IMG/VR virus record: IMGVR_UViG_3300045996_004119
Coordinates: 32,001-96,000 of that record
Strand: one strand, 5' to 3'
Length of the DNA stretch: 64,000 nt
Source: a virus
Shown here: positions 42,834 to 52,545 of the stretch, one piece after another
How positions within the stretch are numbered: position 1 is the stretch's first letter
Layout: each line of letters begins with the position of its first letter
Program-made: the position numbers and the translations under genes
Notes under the pieces: generated by a model
The model's database searches: none
What the model was told of the DNA's origin: nothing
The model's input: only the letters and a program-made list of their open reading frames with translations

Positions 42834-43009
42834 AGCGCGCACGCGCCGGCGCGAAGAAGACGCCGTATCTCGCAGCGCGGCAGCTGCTCGCGGCGCGCGG
42901 CGTGGACCCGTCCGTCATGGCGCTCGCTGGAGCCTGGGACGAGGTGGAGCACCGCCGCAAGGTCGACGCCCTCATCGAGGGTATCTGCTCGGCCGGGAAG
43001 AAGAAGTAG
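42824..43009 (+). other. -1 programmed frameshift site (GGGAAAA, 42824-42830) and GT-like extension ending TAG 43007-43009
   Basis: XXXYYYZ heptamer in frame before stop; -1 frame open (IKRARAGAKKTPYLAAR...GKKK*) and abuts tape-measure ATG at 43010. Confidence 0.8.
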
Positions 43010-45346
43010 ATGGCGAACGTCGTCGAGTGGCAGCTGAAGGTCAGCCAGGCCGGCGCGAATCAGGCGGCCCAGGCGATCGACAAGATCGCTGCGGCGGCCG
43101 GCGGCGCCGTTGGTGATGTGGGCAAGCTCGGCGACGCCACGGAGAGGGCAGCCGACGCTGCCATCAAGGCCGCGGGCGCCTACCGCGATGCCGGCGGGCG
43201 ACTGCGCGAGGCCAACGGCAGGTTCGTCAAGGGCGGCGTCGAGGGCCTGTTGGCGGCGCAGGCAGCGGCCGCGAAGCTCGCTGATACGGTCGATGGCGCT
43301 CAGCGAGTAGGCCCGGTGCTCGGTGATGGCGACATCCCGAAGCCGGCCATGGTCCGCAGCCTGTCGAGCGAATTCGACAAGTTGCAAGCGTCCCTTGGCG
43401 GCGCGAACGCGAACGCGGTCCTGTGGGCGCAGTCGATCAAGCGCGGCGCCGACAACCTGAAGGCGATCCGCGCTGCGTCGCGCGCGTCGGCTGGAGCGAC
43501 CGACGCGGAGAAGATGATCGGCGGCGCCACACCCGCGCACCTGAAGCAGGCGCAGGACCTGTCGCTCACTCAGCGTGCGGTCCGGCGCGTTCTGCAGGAA
43601 CTGAACGCCTCGACCGGGGGCGCAGCGTTCCGCGGCATCGCGCGGGTGTCGGACGGGTTCGACAAGCTGAGGCCCGCGATGGGGCTTGTGCGCGACGTCG
43701 GCAGCGACCTCGCACCCGTGTTCGGCAAGATCGGCGGCGCTGCGAGTTCGGTCCTGGGTATCCTGGGGCCGCTGACGGCTGCGGCGCTAGCCGCCGGTGG
43801 GGCCTTCGCCGCCATGACCGCCGGCGCTGCGTTTGGAGGCGCCAAGCTCGTCTCCTCCGTCGTAAAGGCTCAGGCTCAGCGCGAAGACCTCACGCGAGGC
43901 CTCTCGATTCAGCTGAAGTCGTCTGCTGCCGGCTGGGACACCCTCCAGAGAGCGGCTCGCACTGCCGACATGATTGGCGAGTCCAGGGTCGAGACCGCGG
44001 GGCAGTTCAACGACCTGCTCGCCAAGGGGTTCACGGTAGACCGCGTCGACGAACTCGTCAGGCGCATGGCCGACATGAAGGTCGTGGACCCGAAGGCCGA
44101 CATGGCCGGTATCACCCGCGCTATTGGGCAGATCGCTGGCACGGGCCGCCTCCAGGGCGATGAGCTGAACCAGCTGGCAGAGAACGGGCTGGAGACGGGC
44201 GCCGTCTACGACGCGCTGGCGAAGCGCCTCGGCAAGACGCGCGCGGAGATCATCAAGCTCAAGGAGGCCGGCAAGATCGATAGCGACACGGCAATCCAAG
44301 GCATCATGGATGCCATCGCCACCCAAACCGGTGGCAAGGCGGCCGGCGTCGTGGCGGGCGAAGCGTCAAAGGGTCTTTCGGGCACGATGAAGCGCCTGGA
44401 GAACTTCTGGGAGAACCTGACGTTCTCCATGGACGCGCGCGAAGGACTTGGCGCAGTGCGCACGTCCTTGGGTGCGATCAACGACCTGCTCGACCTCAAC
44501 ACCGAAAGCGGTGCGAAGTTCGCCACGGCCATCGAAGGGACGTTCAACGCTCTCGCCGCTGGGTTCGTCGAAGGGTTCGGCGGCAAGGCCGCAGATGGCC
44601 CGGAAGCGCTCCGACAGAACATCCAGAAGGTGCTGGACGGCATCATCGCCGCGAAGCCCGATATCAAGGAATTCGCCGCGGCACTCGGTAAGGCGGCGGA
44701 CGCCGGCGTGAGGCTCGCTGGTGCCTTTGGCGAGTCAGGCGCCATCGGCAAGGCGTTCAAGGTGATGGGGGTCGGCGTCAACGCAGGGCTCCTCGCCGGA
44801 GAGACCGTCTCGAACCAGGCGACGACGATTGGTAACGTCGGGAGGGTGCTTGAGGGCAAGCCCCCCGAGGCTCTAGCCTCCGAGCAGCGGTCGGCGTACA
44901 CGCCAGTCGGGGCGGCCATTGTGGACGGCATCGTCACTGGGATCTTCGGCAACTCATATCAGCTCCTCCAGGCGATGACGAGCCTGACGAACATCGGGAT
45001 CGACGCGTTCACCACGCAAAACAAGATCCATTCGCCGTCCAAGCTGTACGAGGAACTTGGCGGCTACCTGCCGATGGGGTTGGAGCGCGGCATCGTCGCG
45101 AACAGCAACGGCATCTTCGACGCAATGCTCGCCGCACCAGACCTTCAGCCGCCGGACCTCGGCGCCATCACCGGCGGAGCCGCGGCTGCGATCGGGCTCG
45201 TCGGCGGGCGCGGCGCCATCTCTGTCGGCGACATCTACGTGGACGCGCGCGGCGCTCAGGAGCCGGAGCGGGTCGCGGAGCTCGTGCGTGAGGAGTTGCT
45301 CAGGACCATGGAGAGCATGGGCCTGGCCACGGGAGCGGCAGCCTGA
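43010..45346 (+). CDS. Tape measure protein
   Basis: Ala/Gly-rich helical 778 aa; AIGQIAGTGRLQGDELNQLAENG tape-measure motif; KIHSPS C-terminal motif. Confidence 0.92.
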   Translation: MANVVEWQLKVSQAGANQAAQAIDKIAAAAGGAVGDVGKLGDATERAADAAIKAAGAYRDAGGRLREANGRFVKGGVEGLLAAQAAAAKLADTVDGAQRVGPVLGDGDIPKPAMVRSLSSEFDKLQASLGGANANAVLWAQSIKRGADNLKAIRAASRASAGATDAEKMIGGATPAHLKQAQDLSLTQRAVRRVLQELNASTGGAAFRGIARVSDGFDKLRPAMGLVRDVGSDLAPVFGKIGGAASSVLGILGPLTAAALAAGGAFAAMTAGAAFGGAKLVSSVVKAQAQREDLTRGLSIQLKSSAAGWDTLQRAARTADMIGESRVETAGQFNDLLAKGFTVDRVDELVRRMADMKVVDPKADMAGITRAIGQIAGTGRLQGDELNQLAENGLETGAVYDALAKRLGKTRAEIIKLKEAGKIDSDTAIQGIMDAIATQTGGKAAGVVAGEASKGLSGTMKRLENFWENLTFSMDAREGLGAVRTSLGAINDLLDLNTESGAKFATAIEGTFNALAAGFVEGFGGKAADGPEALRQNIQKVLDGIIAAKPDIKEFAAALGKAADAGVRLAGAFGESGAIGKAFKVMGVGVNAGLLAGETVSNQATTIGNVGRVLEGKPPEALASEQRSAYTPVGAAIVDGIVTGIFGNSYQLLQAMTSLTNIGIDAFTTQNKIHSPSKLYEELGGYLPMGLERGIVANSNGIFDAMLAAPDLQPPDLGAITGGAAAAIGLVGGRGAISVGDIYVDARGAQEPERVAELVREELLRTMESMGLATGAAA

Positions 45347-45948
45347 TGGCGACCATCCCTTGGCCGGAGACCCAGCCTGGCGCCTGGGACGTGCTGTTCC
45401 TTGCGGGGCGCGTGTTCCCTGGTCTCGCCAAGATCAAGGTGAAGGGCGGCCAGAAAATCGACCGCAAAGACGCGCCGGGCTCCGACGGGGAGACGACGGT
45501 GCAGCAGGGCGAGAAGGCGAAGGACGTCGACATCGTCCACCGGATGTGGACGCAGAAGCAGTGGGACGAGTTCGAGTCGTGCTTCCTGCTCATCGAGCCC
45601 ATCAGCGAGAAGCGGCGCCCGGTCGACATCGTGACCAGCCAGACGGCGTTCAGGCTGATCACCTCGGTTATCGTCGAGGAGATCGATGGCCCCGAATGGG
45701 CGGAGGACAAGCGGTGGATGGAGTTCCGGTACAAGTGCATCGAGCACAAGCCGCCTCCGCCGAAGAACACGACTAAAAAGAACGTGGCTTCGCTCTCGAC
45801 GCCGAACGCTGGGAACATGAACGACCGCATCGACCTTGGTTCGGGCGGCGGAAGGATCGGCATTTACGACGCGGCGCAGGCGAGCGTGACGACGGCGGTC
45901 TATCGCTCGATGCTCGGCTTCCCGCGCTCCGGCCTGCCGAGCGGCTGA
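45346..45948 (+). CDS. Tail tube initiator/baseplate protein
   Basis: Follows tape measure; WD...LAG...PG motif and D....G.DG......G pattern. Confidence 0.6.
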   Translation: MATIPWPETQPGAWDVLFLAGRVFPGLAKIKVKGGQKIDRKDAPGSDGETTVQQGEKAKDVDIVHRMWTQKQWDEFESCFLLIEPISEKRRPVDIVTSQTAFRLITSVIVEEIDGPEWAEDKRWMEFRYKCIEHKPPPPKNTTKKNVASLSTPNAGNMNDRIDLGSGGGRIGIYDAAQASVTTAVYRSMLGFPRSGLPSG

Positions 45949-47159
45949 TGCTCGTCTCCTGCAACGGTATCCGCGTCAACAGCGGCGAGATCGTGATGCC
46001 CCGCGTGGGCACGTGGATCGCCGACATGGCGATCGACGGCGCGCCTCCCACGGGCGCATGCACGATCAGCGTGAACGACGGCGCGGTCGTGTTCCGCGGG
46101 ACCGTGGTGCGCCCGAGTTCGTTCCGTGAGCGGCATTCGGTCCTCGTGGTCGGCGGCGCCGGCGGGCTCTCGAGCTACATCCCGCACACCCACCACCGCG
46201 CGGTGCCCGTGGAGACGCCGGTCAAGGCCATCCTCTCCGCCGCTGGAGAGACGCTCTCGTCGACGTCCGACGCGGCCACGTTGCGCAAGCGCCTGGACGC
46301 TTGGAGCCGCAGGGCAGGCACGGCCGGCGACGCGCTGACGACCCTGCTCGACGACGTGGGGGCCGCATGGCGCGTCCTGGACGACGGCACGGTCTGGGTC
46401 GGGGCCGAGACGTGGCCGGCGGTCACGGTGGCCATGCAGGTCACTGGCGACGGCGGCTCGATGGACTCCGCCGAGGTTGCCACCGATCTGCCAGTGCTCC
46501 GGCCGGGGACGACCGTGGGCGGCCGCAAGGTCTCCACCGTCATCCACCGCTTCGACCCGTCGCGGGTCCGCACCAGGTTGCTCTACGAGCGCGGGACCAT
46601 GGACCGCCTCCGCGGGGCCTTCTTCGGCCTCGCGCGACAGGCGCTCGCCGCGGTCGACTACCACCCGTCCTACGCGGCCACGGTCGTCCAGCAGCAGGGC
46701 AACGGGGATCTCGTGGTCCGGGTCGACGACGAGCGCTTCCAGCGCGGGTCGGACGGCACGGGCATCGCCGGGGTCAAAGCGTGGCCCGGCGTGCCCGGGA
46801 TCAGCTACCTCGTGCGGCGCGGCACCCGCGTGCTCGTGGGCTTCCTCGACGGGCGCGGCGAGGTGCCGATCGTGACCGGCTGGCGCAGCGAGACACCGGA
46901 GCGGGTCACGCTCGAGGCCGACCGGATCAACCTCGGTGAGAACGCAACGCGCGGCGTGGCCCGGCTCAACGACACGGCGAACGCTGGCGCGATCTCCGCG
47001 ACGCAGGTTGCGACCAACGTTGTCGCCATCACCTACGCCCCGCCGAGCGGTGCCCCGGTGGTCATCACCCTGGGCGCGCCCGGCCTGACCGTGACGCCGG
47101 CGAACGGCGCCATGACGGCCGTTATCAACTCCTCATCTTCCAAGGCCTTCGCGGAGTAG
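45948..47159 (+). CDS. Baseplate hub fused to OB-fold spike base (VgrG-like architecture)
   Basis: N-terminal hub-like region (PR.G.W.AD, WR.LDDGT.WVG); C-terminal VVQQ..NG.L.V..DD...VK..PG.PG......GTRVLVGF.DG..E.P.V. Confidence 0.65.
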   Translation: MLVSCNGIRVNSGEIVMPRVGTWIADMAIDGAPPTGACTISVNDGAVVFRGTVVRPSSFRERHSVLVVGGAGGLSSYIPHTHHRAVPVETPVKAILSAAGETLSSTSDAATLRKRLDAWSRRAGTAGDALTTLLDDVGAAWRVLDDGTVWVGAETWPAVTVAMQVTGDGGSMDSAEVATDLPVLRPGTTVGGRKVSTVIHRFDPSRVRTRLLYERGTMDRLRGAFFGLARQALAAVDYHPSYAATVVQQQGNGDLVVRVDDERFQRGSDGTGIAGVKAWPGVPGISYLVRRGTRVLVGFLDGRGEVPIVTGWRSETPERVTLEADRINLGENATRGVARLNDTANAGAISATQVATNVVAITYAPPSGAPVVITLGAPGLTVTPANGAMTAVINSSSSKAFAE

Positions 47160-47162
47160 AGC

Positions 47163-47576
47163 ATGGCTGACGAAGACCTCGACATCCGCATGTTCGTGAA
47201 CGGCGAAGGGCCACCGGACCTGGACCCGTACTTCAACGAGATCGAGGGCGCGGAAGCCATCGCGCAGTCCGTGGCGCTCCGCTGCTATACGCCCAAGGGC
47301 TACGCCGTCGGGCACAACATCGACGCCCCGAACGACGGCGTTTTCCTCCCGGACTTCGTGCAGTCTGCGATGACGAAGCAAACCATGTTCACGGTCAAGA
47401 CCCTGGTCAACGGCGAGACACGCAAGGATGATCGGGTGGAGACCGCGCGCGTCGAGGTCACCGGCGACGCCGCATCGCAGACCATGACGATCGCTGTCTC
47501 TGGAGAGGGCATCTCGGAAGACTTCGAATTCGCCCTGTCCGTCGACGCCGATGGCGTGGCGCTCACGAGTACCTAA
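47163..47576 (+). CDS. Baseplate wedge protein (gp25/Mu gp46-like)
   Basis: A.AQSV..R..TP.G, KDDRVE.A.V.V pattern; before baseplate J. Confidence 0.65.
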   Translation: MADEDLDIRMFVNGEGPPDLDPYFNEIEGAEAIAQSVALRCYTPKGYAVGHNIDAPNDGVFLPDFVQSAMTKQTMFTVKTLVNGETRKDDRVETARVEVTGDAASQTMTIAVSGEGISEDFEFALSVDADGVALTST

Positions 47577-48697
47577 TGCCGGTCACATTCGCGCAACTCC
47601 TGACGCCGGTCACCGAGGCCGAGGCGGAGCAGCTGATCCTGGCCTTGCTCGAGGCGGTCGGCTTCCCGGCCCAGGTCTGGAAGAAGTTCCGCGTCCCGCG
47701 CACGTTCGTCCGGCTGTTCGCCCAGCTGTACGCCGACTCGCGCACGGGCCTGACGAACGTCACCAAGAGCCGCCTGCTCGGGTACGCGACGGGCGACGCA
47801 CTGACCTACCTCGCGCACCACTGGTTCGACGAGGAGCGCGACCCCGCGGTTGCCACCGAGGGGGTGTTTCTGCTGACGGACGACGGGGGCGCCCCGTACG
47901 ATATCGAGCCTGGCCAGCTCGTCGTGCGCGTCGCGGCCAACCCGTCGCTCCGGTACACGAACACCGGGAGCGGCCGACTGGAGATCGACGGCTCGCTCTC
48001 GCTCGCATTCAAGGCTGAGCAGACGGGGGCCGACCACAATATCCAGCCGGGCACGGGCCTGGAGTTCGAGGAGGCGCTCGAGGGCGTCCTCGTGAGCGCC
48101 GAAGCGGACCCGGGCACGGGGACGTGGATCACCACCGCTGGCGCGGACGAGCAGAGCGACGAAAGCCTAGTCCAGGCGTGCCGGGCGAAATGGGCGACGC
48201 TCGGCGCGGGCACCGAGAACTCCTACCGCGCATGGGCGCTTGAGGGCGCGCCGACCGCCACCAAGATCCAGGTCTACGGCGACGAACTCTCTCCGCCTGG
48301 CGAGGTTCGCGTGATCCTGGCCACCGACGTTGGGGCCGCTACGAACGACGAGGTAGATGCCGCTGATGCGGTCATTCAGGCGAAGCGTCCAATCGGGCTT
48401 CGAGCGGTGTCCACGTCCGCGGCGTCCCCCGACGTGGTCACCATCGATGCGACGGTGAACACCTACCTCACCGAGGAAGCCTACATGGCAGCGCTCGTTG
48501 CCAACGCGACCGCGCTCCAGCGGGAGCTCCAGATCGGTGAAATCCTCTACCTTTCGCGCATCAGCGCGCTCCTGCACTCCCCTGGCGACGTGCGCAACGT
48601 GACCATCACAAATCCGCCGACGACTCCGGGCGGCATCGCCGAGCAGATCACCGTGATCGAGTTGGGCACGATCGTCGTCAACACGCTGGTGCGCTGA
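47576..48697 (+). CDS. Baseplate J-like protein
   Basis: ATGD.L..LA, A...G...N...G, GADEQSDE.L..., G....Y..WAL, PGEV.V motifs. Confidence 0.85.
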   Translation: MPVTFAQLLTPVTEAEAEQLILALLEAVGFPAQVWKKFRVPRTFVRLFAQLYADSRTGLTNVTKSRLLGYATGDALTYLAHHWFDEERDPAVATEGVFLLTDDGGAPYDIEPGQLVVRVAANPSLRYTNTGSGRLEIDGSLSLAFKAEQTGADHNIQPGTGLEFEEALEGVLVSAEADPGTGTWITTAGADEQSDESLVQACRAKWATLGAGTENSYRAWALEGAPTATKIQVYGDELSPPGEVRVILATDVGAATNDEVDAADAVIQAKRPIGLRAVSTSAASPDVVTIDATVNTYLTEEAYMAALVANATALQRELQIGEILYLSRISALLHSPGDVRNVTITNPPTTPGGIAEQITVIELGTIVVNTLVR

Positions 48698-49449
48698 TGA
48701 ACGTAGCCCAGATCGCTGGTCTCCTTTCGCGCGGTGTGCGCATCACGTTCGAGCAGTACCTGCGCGACGTGCTCGCGCCGGCCCACATGCGCGGCACCTG
48801 GTCGCAACGCTGGCTCGGCGTGTTCGGCGCGTTCTCGGAGCTGGTCTGGGAGGGGGCGCAGCGGTCCGCGGACGTTGGGTTCCCGGCGACGGCGCCGGAC
48901 GACGCACTCGACGCGGTCGGCTTCAACCTGAACATCGAGCGGCTCGTCGAGGAGCAGAACGGCTCGTACCGGGCCAGGCTGCTGCACCCGTTCGACCAGT
49001 GGGGCGCGAGCGGGCGCATCGGCAACGACGAGGCGCCCAACATCCAGGCGCAGCTCGAGGCGATCGGCCTGCGCAACGTCGAAGTGTACGACCTCGCGGC
49101 TGGGTGGGATCCGGGCGACGGCAATGTCTACAGCTACAACCGCTTCTGGATCGTCGCTGAGCCGCCGGCCACGTGGACGCTGAGCGGCATCGACGAGATC
49201 GACGGGATGAGCGCCGTCGACGCGCAGAACATCCGCCGCATTGTTCACAAATGGCGCTCGAAGCACAGCGCACCTGTCTCGCTCTACGTCATCTTCGACG
49301 GCACGCTCGCCGACACGACCACTGACGACGCGGACGCCATGGTGGCCGCAGGCGATGCCGCGGAGATCCCCATCACGGCGCCGTGGGCCGCGGACGACCT
49401 GATCGCCGCGGACGACCTGATCGCCGGTTTCTACATCGAGCCCATCTGA
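48697..49449 (+). CDS. Baseplate wedge protein (tail protein I/Mu gp48-like)
   Basis: APDDALD..G....IER...E....YRARL pattern after baseplate J. Confidence 0.7.
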   Translation: MNVAQIAGLLSRGVRITFEQYLRDVLAPAHMRGTWSQRWLGVFGAFSELVWEGAQRSADVGFPATAPDDALDAVGFNLNIERLVEEQNGSYRARLLHPFDQWGASGRIGNDEAPNIQAQLEAIGLRNVEVYDLAAGWDPGDGNVYSYNRFWIVAEPPATWTLSGIDEIDGMSAVDAQNIRRIVHKWRSKHSAPVSLYVIFDGTLADTTTDDADAMVAAGDAAEIPITAPWAADDLIAADDLIAGFYIEPI

Positions 49450-49455
49450 GGACGG

Positions 49456-50142
49456 ATGCTCTCCCAGCCATTTACCTCGCCCGCGCCCGCATGGCCGACT
49501 GGCCTGCGCTACATTCAGAACGGCGACAACCTCGGCACGGGCAACCACGAGACGCAAGCCGGAGACATCGCCCAGGCGCTGAGCTACCTCAAGCAGGCTA
49601 TCGGCGGCGACTCGACGGTGCCGGTGACGCTGCACGACGTCACCGTCACCGACGAGATCAAGACCAGTATCGGCGGCATCACGCGGGTGGTGCAGGCGAT
49701 CCCGACGGCCGAGGACCCGTCGGTGTGGTCGATCAACTACGCCGGTTTCGCCATTCAGACCGACGATACGCTGGCGCATCTCCGATGGGAGCTCGATCTG
49801 CCGCACGGGGCGACTCTCGTGTCCGCGTCTGTCTACGTGAAGGGCGCTGCCGGGCACATGTCGCTCCCGGCGGGGACCGACAGACTGCTGTTTGCGGTGG
49901 GATACAGCACCAACGCTGGGTCCACGCCGGGACTCGGAGACGCGTACGACTCGTCGGAGTCTGTGGAGGACTACGAAGAGACGCACGCGATCAACGTGGC
50001 TGTATCGTCGCACGTAGTGGACCGGACCGCGAATCGCTACTACGCGTACCTGCGGAATGAGCGAGGAGCTAACTACGTGGTCGGCGCCGAGGTCTACAAC
50101 GTAGAGCTCTCGTTTACGCCAGCGATCTACGACCCTGGCTGA
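49456..50142 (+). CDS. Putative tail fibre/receptor-binding protein
   Basis: Last gene of baseplate operon; beta-rich C-terminus with visibly lower GC3. Confidence 0.55.
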   Translation: MLSQPFTSPAPAWPTGLRYIQNGDNLGTGNHETQAGDIAQALSYLKQAIGGDSTVPVTLHDVTVTDEIKTSIGGITRVVQAIPTAEDPSVWSINYAGFAIQTDDTLAHLRWELDLPHGATLVSASVYVKGAAGHMSLPAGTDRLLFAVGYSTNAGSTPGLGDAYDSSESVEDYEETHAINVAVSSHVVDRTANRYYAYLRNERGANYVVGAEVYNVELSFTPAIYDPG

Positions 50143-50729
50143 GCTCGCACGCAGTTCCCTGCGCCGTCGCACCGCATGCCATCACCGCATATCGCGCCGT
50201 CGCCGTCAGGCTCCCAATACGGGCCATCGCGCGAGCATCTGGCGCTAGCGCACAGGGCCTCTTCCAGAGGCATGTCGGAGGACCAGTAGACGGTCTCCGT
50301 TCCGCCAAGCCCGTTGCAGACGACGCGCTGGCAGTCGCCGTCGACCTGCTCCTCGATGGGCGTGCCGCGCGGCTCCATCCGGAACACGCAGCGTCCGTCC
50401 TCGCACGTGGTGTGCCGGCAGTCGTCGTTGGCCCCGTTGCAATCGCCGTCGACGACGCACTGCGGCTCGACGACGCCGGTGCTGGCGGATGCGGTGGTCG
50501 ACGTCGCGCCGCCTGAGCCTCCGGCGCCGGGGCCTCCGGTTCCCCCAGCCCCGCCTTCACCTCCTGCGCCTGCTTCGCCGCCGGCGCCAGCGGCACCACC
50601 TGACCAGGCCTCGCCGCCCGATCCGCCCACGCCGGCGACCTCTGGCGGGTCGGGCGGAAAGAGCGGCTCGTCGTCGTCATCGGCCGCGCACGGGCCGAGC
50701 AGCAAAAGCAACAGAATCAGCAGCTCCAT
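50127..50729 (-). CDS. Secreted/lipid-anchored Cys-rich protein with Gly-rich linker (moron)
   Basis: Hydrophobic N-terminus LLILLLLLLGPC; GGAG repeats; C..D.DC....C...C..G.C and QVDGDCQRVVCNG repeats typical of myxobacterial surface proteins. Confidence 0.75.
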   Translation of the reverse strand: MELLILLLLLLGPCAADDDDEPLFPPDPPEVAGVGGSGGEAWSGGAAGAGGEAGAGGEGGAGGTGGPGAGGSGGATSTTASASTGVVEPQCVVDGDCNGANDDCRHTTCEDGRCVFRMEPRGTPIEEQVDGDCQRVVCNGLGGTETVYWSSDMPLEEALCASARCSRDGPYWEPDGDGAICGDGMRCDGAGNCVRAQPGS

Positions 50730-50825
50730 GGGGTCCCCGAAGCCGTCAGGATAAGGACTCGGGGCGCCCGCTGCTACTGGGATCCCGTTCAGCGGATCGA
50801 CGCCCCAGATGGAGAGGGGCGCCGG

Positions 50826-51587
50826 TCAGTTCATCACGCTCGCGTTGAACGTCATGACAGGGAAGCCGCCTACCTCGCTCTGCGGCTCTGCGGATGCGTT
50901 GCCGCGAAGCGTAAGGCTGATCTCATGGTTCCCGGCCTTGTTCGGCGACAGGACGATCCTCGGCGTGAGTTCAAGCCCGGGTTTAAGTGGGCGCGTGTAG
51001 GTGTACCGGGCGTTGCCGAACAGCTTCTCGACGGACGCGGCGGGGACCTCGATCGTCTGGAACTCGTCGCCGCCGCAGCCGTGACACAGGATGGTGAAGC
51101 TCTCGAGCGTCTGGCTGTCGAGGTTCTTCACCCTGAGATCAATGACCACGCGGCCGCCGACGCGGGAGATTGCTGGCGCGAGCTCGCCGCTCCACTCGAC
51201 GCGAACGCGCTGAGGAGGTGGTGCAGAGGGCGGCGGCACGGAAGAAGCTGCCGATGGCGCCGTTTTCGTGCCGCGCGGCGCCGAAGGAACGAGGGCCAGG
51301 AAGGCGCCGGCCATTACCAGCAAGCTGGCGATGATGGTCCACCCGGCCTTCGAGCTCTTGCTGAACGCGGGCGACGTCCACAGGAGACCGATCCCCACCG
51401 GAAAGCAGCAGAACGTCGCCATGAGGACCACCGACGCCTCGTGGAACCACTTCGGCTTCGGCGGCGGCGGCTGACCCCACCACGGAGGCGGACCGTACGG
51501 GCCCTGCGGGTGCTGCTGCGGATGCGGTGGGTACCCTTGCTGCTGGTACCCAGGAGGCGGGCCCCACCCGCTCGGCGGCTGTTGCAT
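50826..51587 (-). CDS. Membrane protein with P/Q/G-rich N-terminus, two TM helices and beta-rich C-terminal domain (moron)
   Basis: QQPPSGWGPPPGYQ repeats; KWF...VVL....CCFPVGIGLLW; WTIIASLLVMAGAFLALV. Confidence 0.75.
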   Translation of the reverse strand: MQQPPSGWGPPPGYQQQGYPPHPQQHPQGPYGPPPWWGQPPPPKPKWFHEASVVLMATFCCFPVGIGLLWTSPAFSKSSKAGWTIIASLLVMAGAFLALVPSAPRGTKTAPSAASSVPPPSAPPPQRVRVEWSGELAPAISRVGGRVVIDLRVKNLDSQTLESFTILCHGCGGDEFQTIEVPAASVEKLFGNARYTYTRPLKPGLELTPRIVLSPNKAGNHEISLTLRGNASAEPQSEVGGFPVMTFNASVMN

Positions 51588-51931
51588 GTGCTCGAGGCTA
51601 CGAGCGCCGGTCAGCGGCCGTCCACCGCTTTCGGCTCAGGCCGGCCGCCTCACTTTCGCGAGCGCTTCGTCTTGCCGGTCGGAGCCTCCGGAGCCGGGCC
51701 TCGCCGTCGAGTTCGACGACCCGCTCGCCTGGCGCAGGGCGCTCCTTCGCGGCGGCAGACTGGGCGCCGTAGCCGAGGTCGGTGGTCTCGGCGACGCGGA
51801 GGGGCTGGGCAGGCTGCACGTCATAGCTTGCCGGCCAGGACACGCCTCGCCGTCGGCACTCTTCCTCCATGCCAGAAGCGATGCGGCGACGTCGTGAGCC
51901 TGGCCGAGGCGAGGGCGCGTAGGGCGAACGC

Positions 51932-52456
51932 ATGAACGACGACGACAAGTCGCTCGTCGAGTACGCTTCAAGCATAAAAGGCGTGTCCGCTGAAGCGCTC
52001 GCCAAGTTCCTGTCCAGCGATCTGAGCGCCATCCCAAGCGACATCTTGGCGCCGGCATTGCAGGACGCGATCCGCGGCTTGATCAAGGTCTACGCGGCCT
52101 ACCAAGAGGCGGAGAAAGAGCGTGACCGATACGTCGACATCGTGGCTCGGGTCGTCGGCATGTCCTCTCGCGAGGCATCTCGCGGCAAATGGCATGTGTA
52201 CTACATCCGATCCGAGGCGAACGGACTGATCAAGATCGGGTTCTCCAATTACCCAGAGGGGCGTCGGAGGACGCTGGAGAGCCATGGCGGCTCGGCGATG
52301 ACGTTGCTCGCCAAGCACCGCGGTACCAAGACCGACGAGGCCAAGCTCCACCGTCGATTCAAGGCCCTCAGGGAACGAGGCGAGTGGTTTCGCCCCGGGC
52401 CCGCACTACTGAAGCACATCGCCTCGATCGCGCCTGGCAGCTCCACCTCGGCCTGA
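51932..52456 (+). CDS. T5orf172/GIY-YIG (MUG113-like) domain protein, second copy
   Basis: VYYIRS..NGLIKIGFS..P..R...L.......L.LL....G....E..LHRRF..LR.RGEWF. Confidence 0.85.
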   Translation: MNDDDKSLVEYASSIKGVSAEALAKFLSSDLSAIPSDILAPALQDAIRGLIKVYAAYQEAEKERDRYVDIVARVVGMSSREASRGKWHVYYIRSEANGLIKIGFSNYPEGRRRTLESHGGSAMTLLAKHRGTKTDEAKLHRRFKALRERGEWFRPGPALLKHIASIAPGSSTSA

Positions 52457-52545
52457 ACTGACCTCCCGCCGGCCACCCCGGCTCCACATCACCACCAAGC
52501 CCTCGCGGCCCGCCTCCACCACCGGAGTGCGGGCCGCTCGCATTT

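Noticed and set aside
51598-51870. Possible small minus-strand ORF (MEEECRRRG...) between morons
   Set aside because: No motif, no clear RBS and competing overlapping frames; cannot be supported from sequence alone
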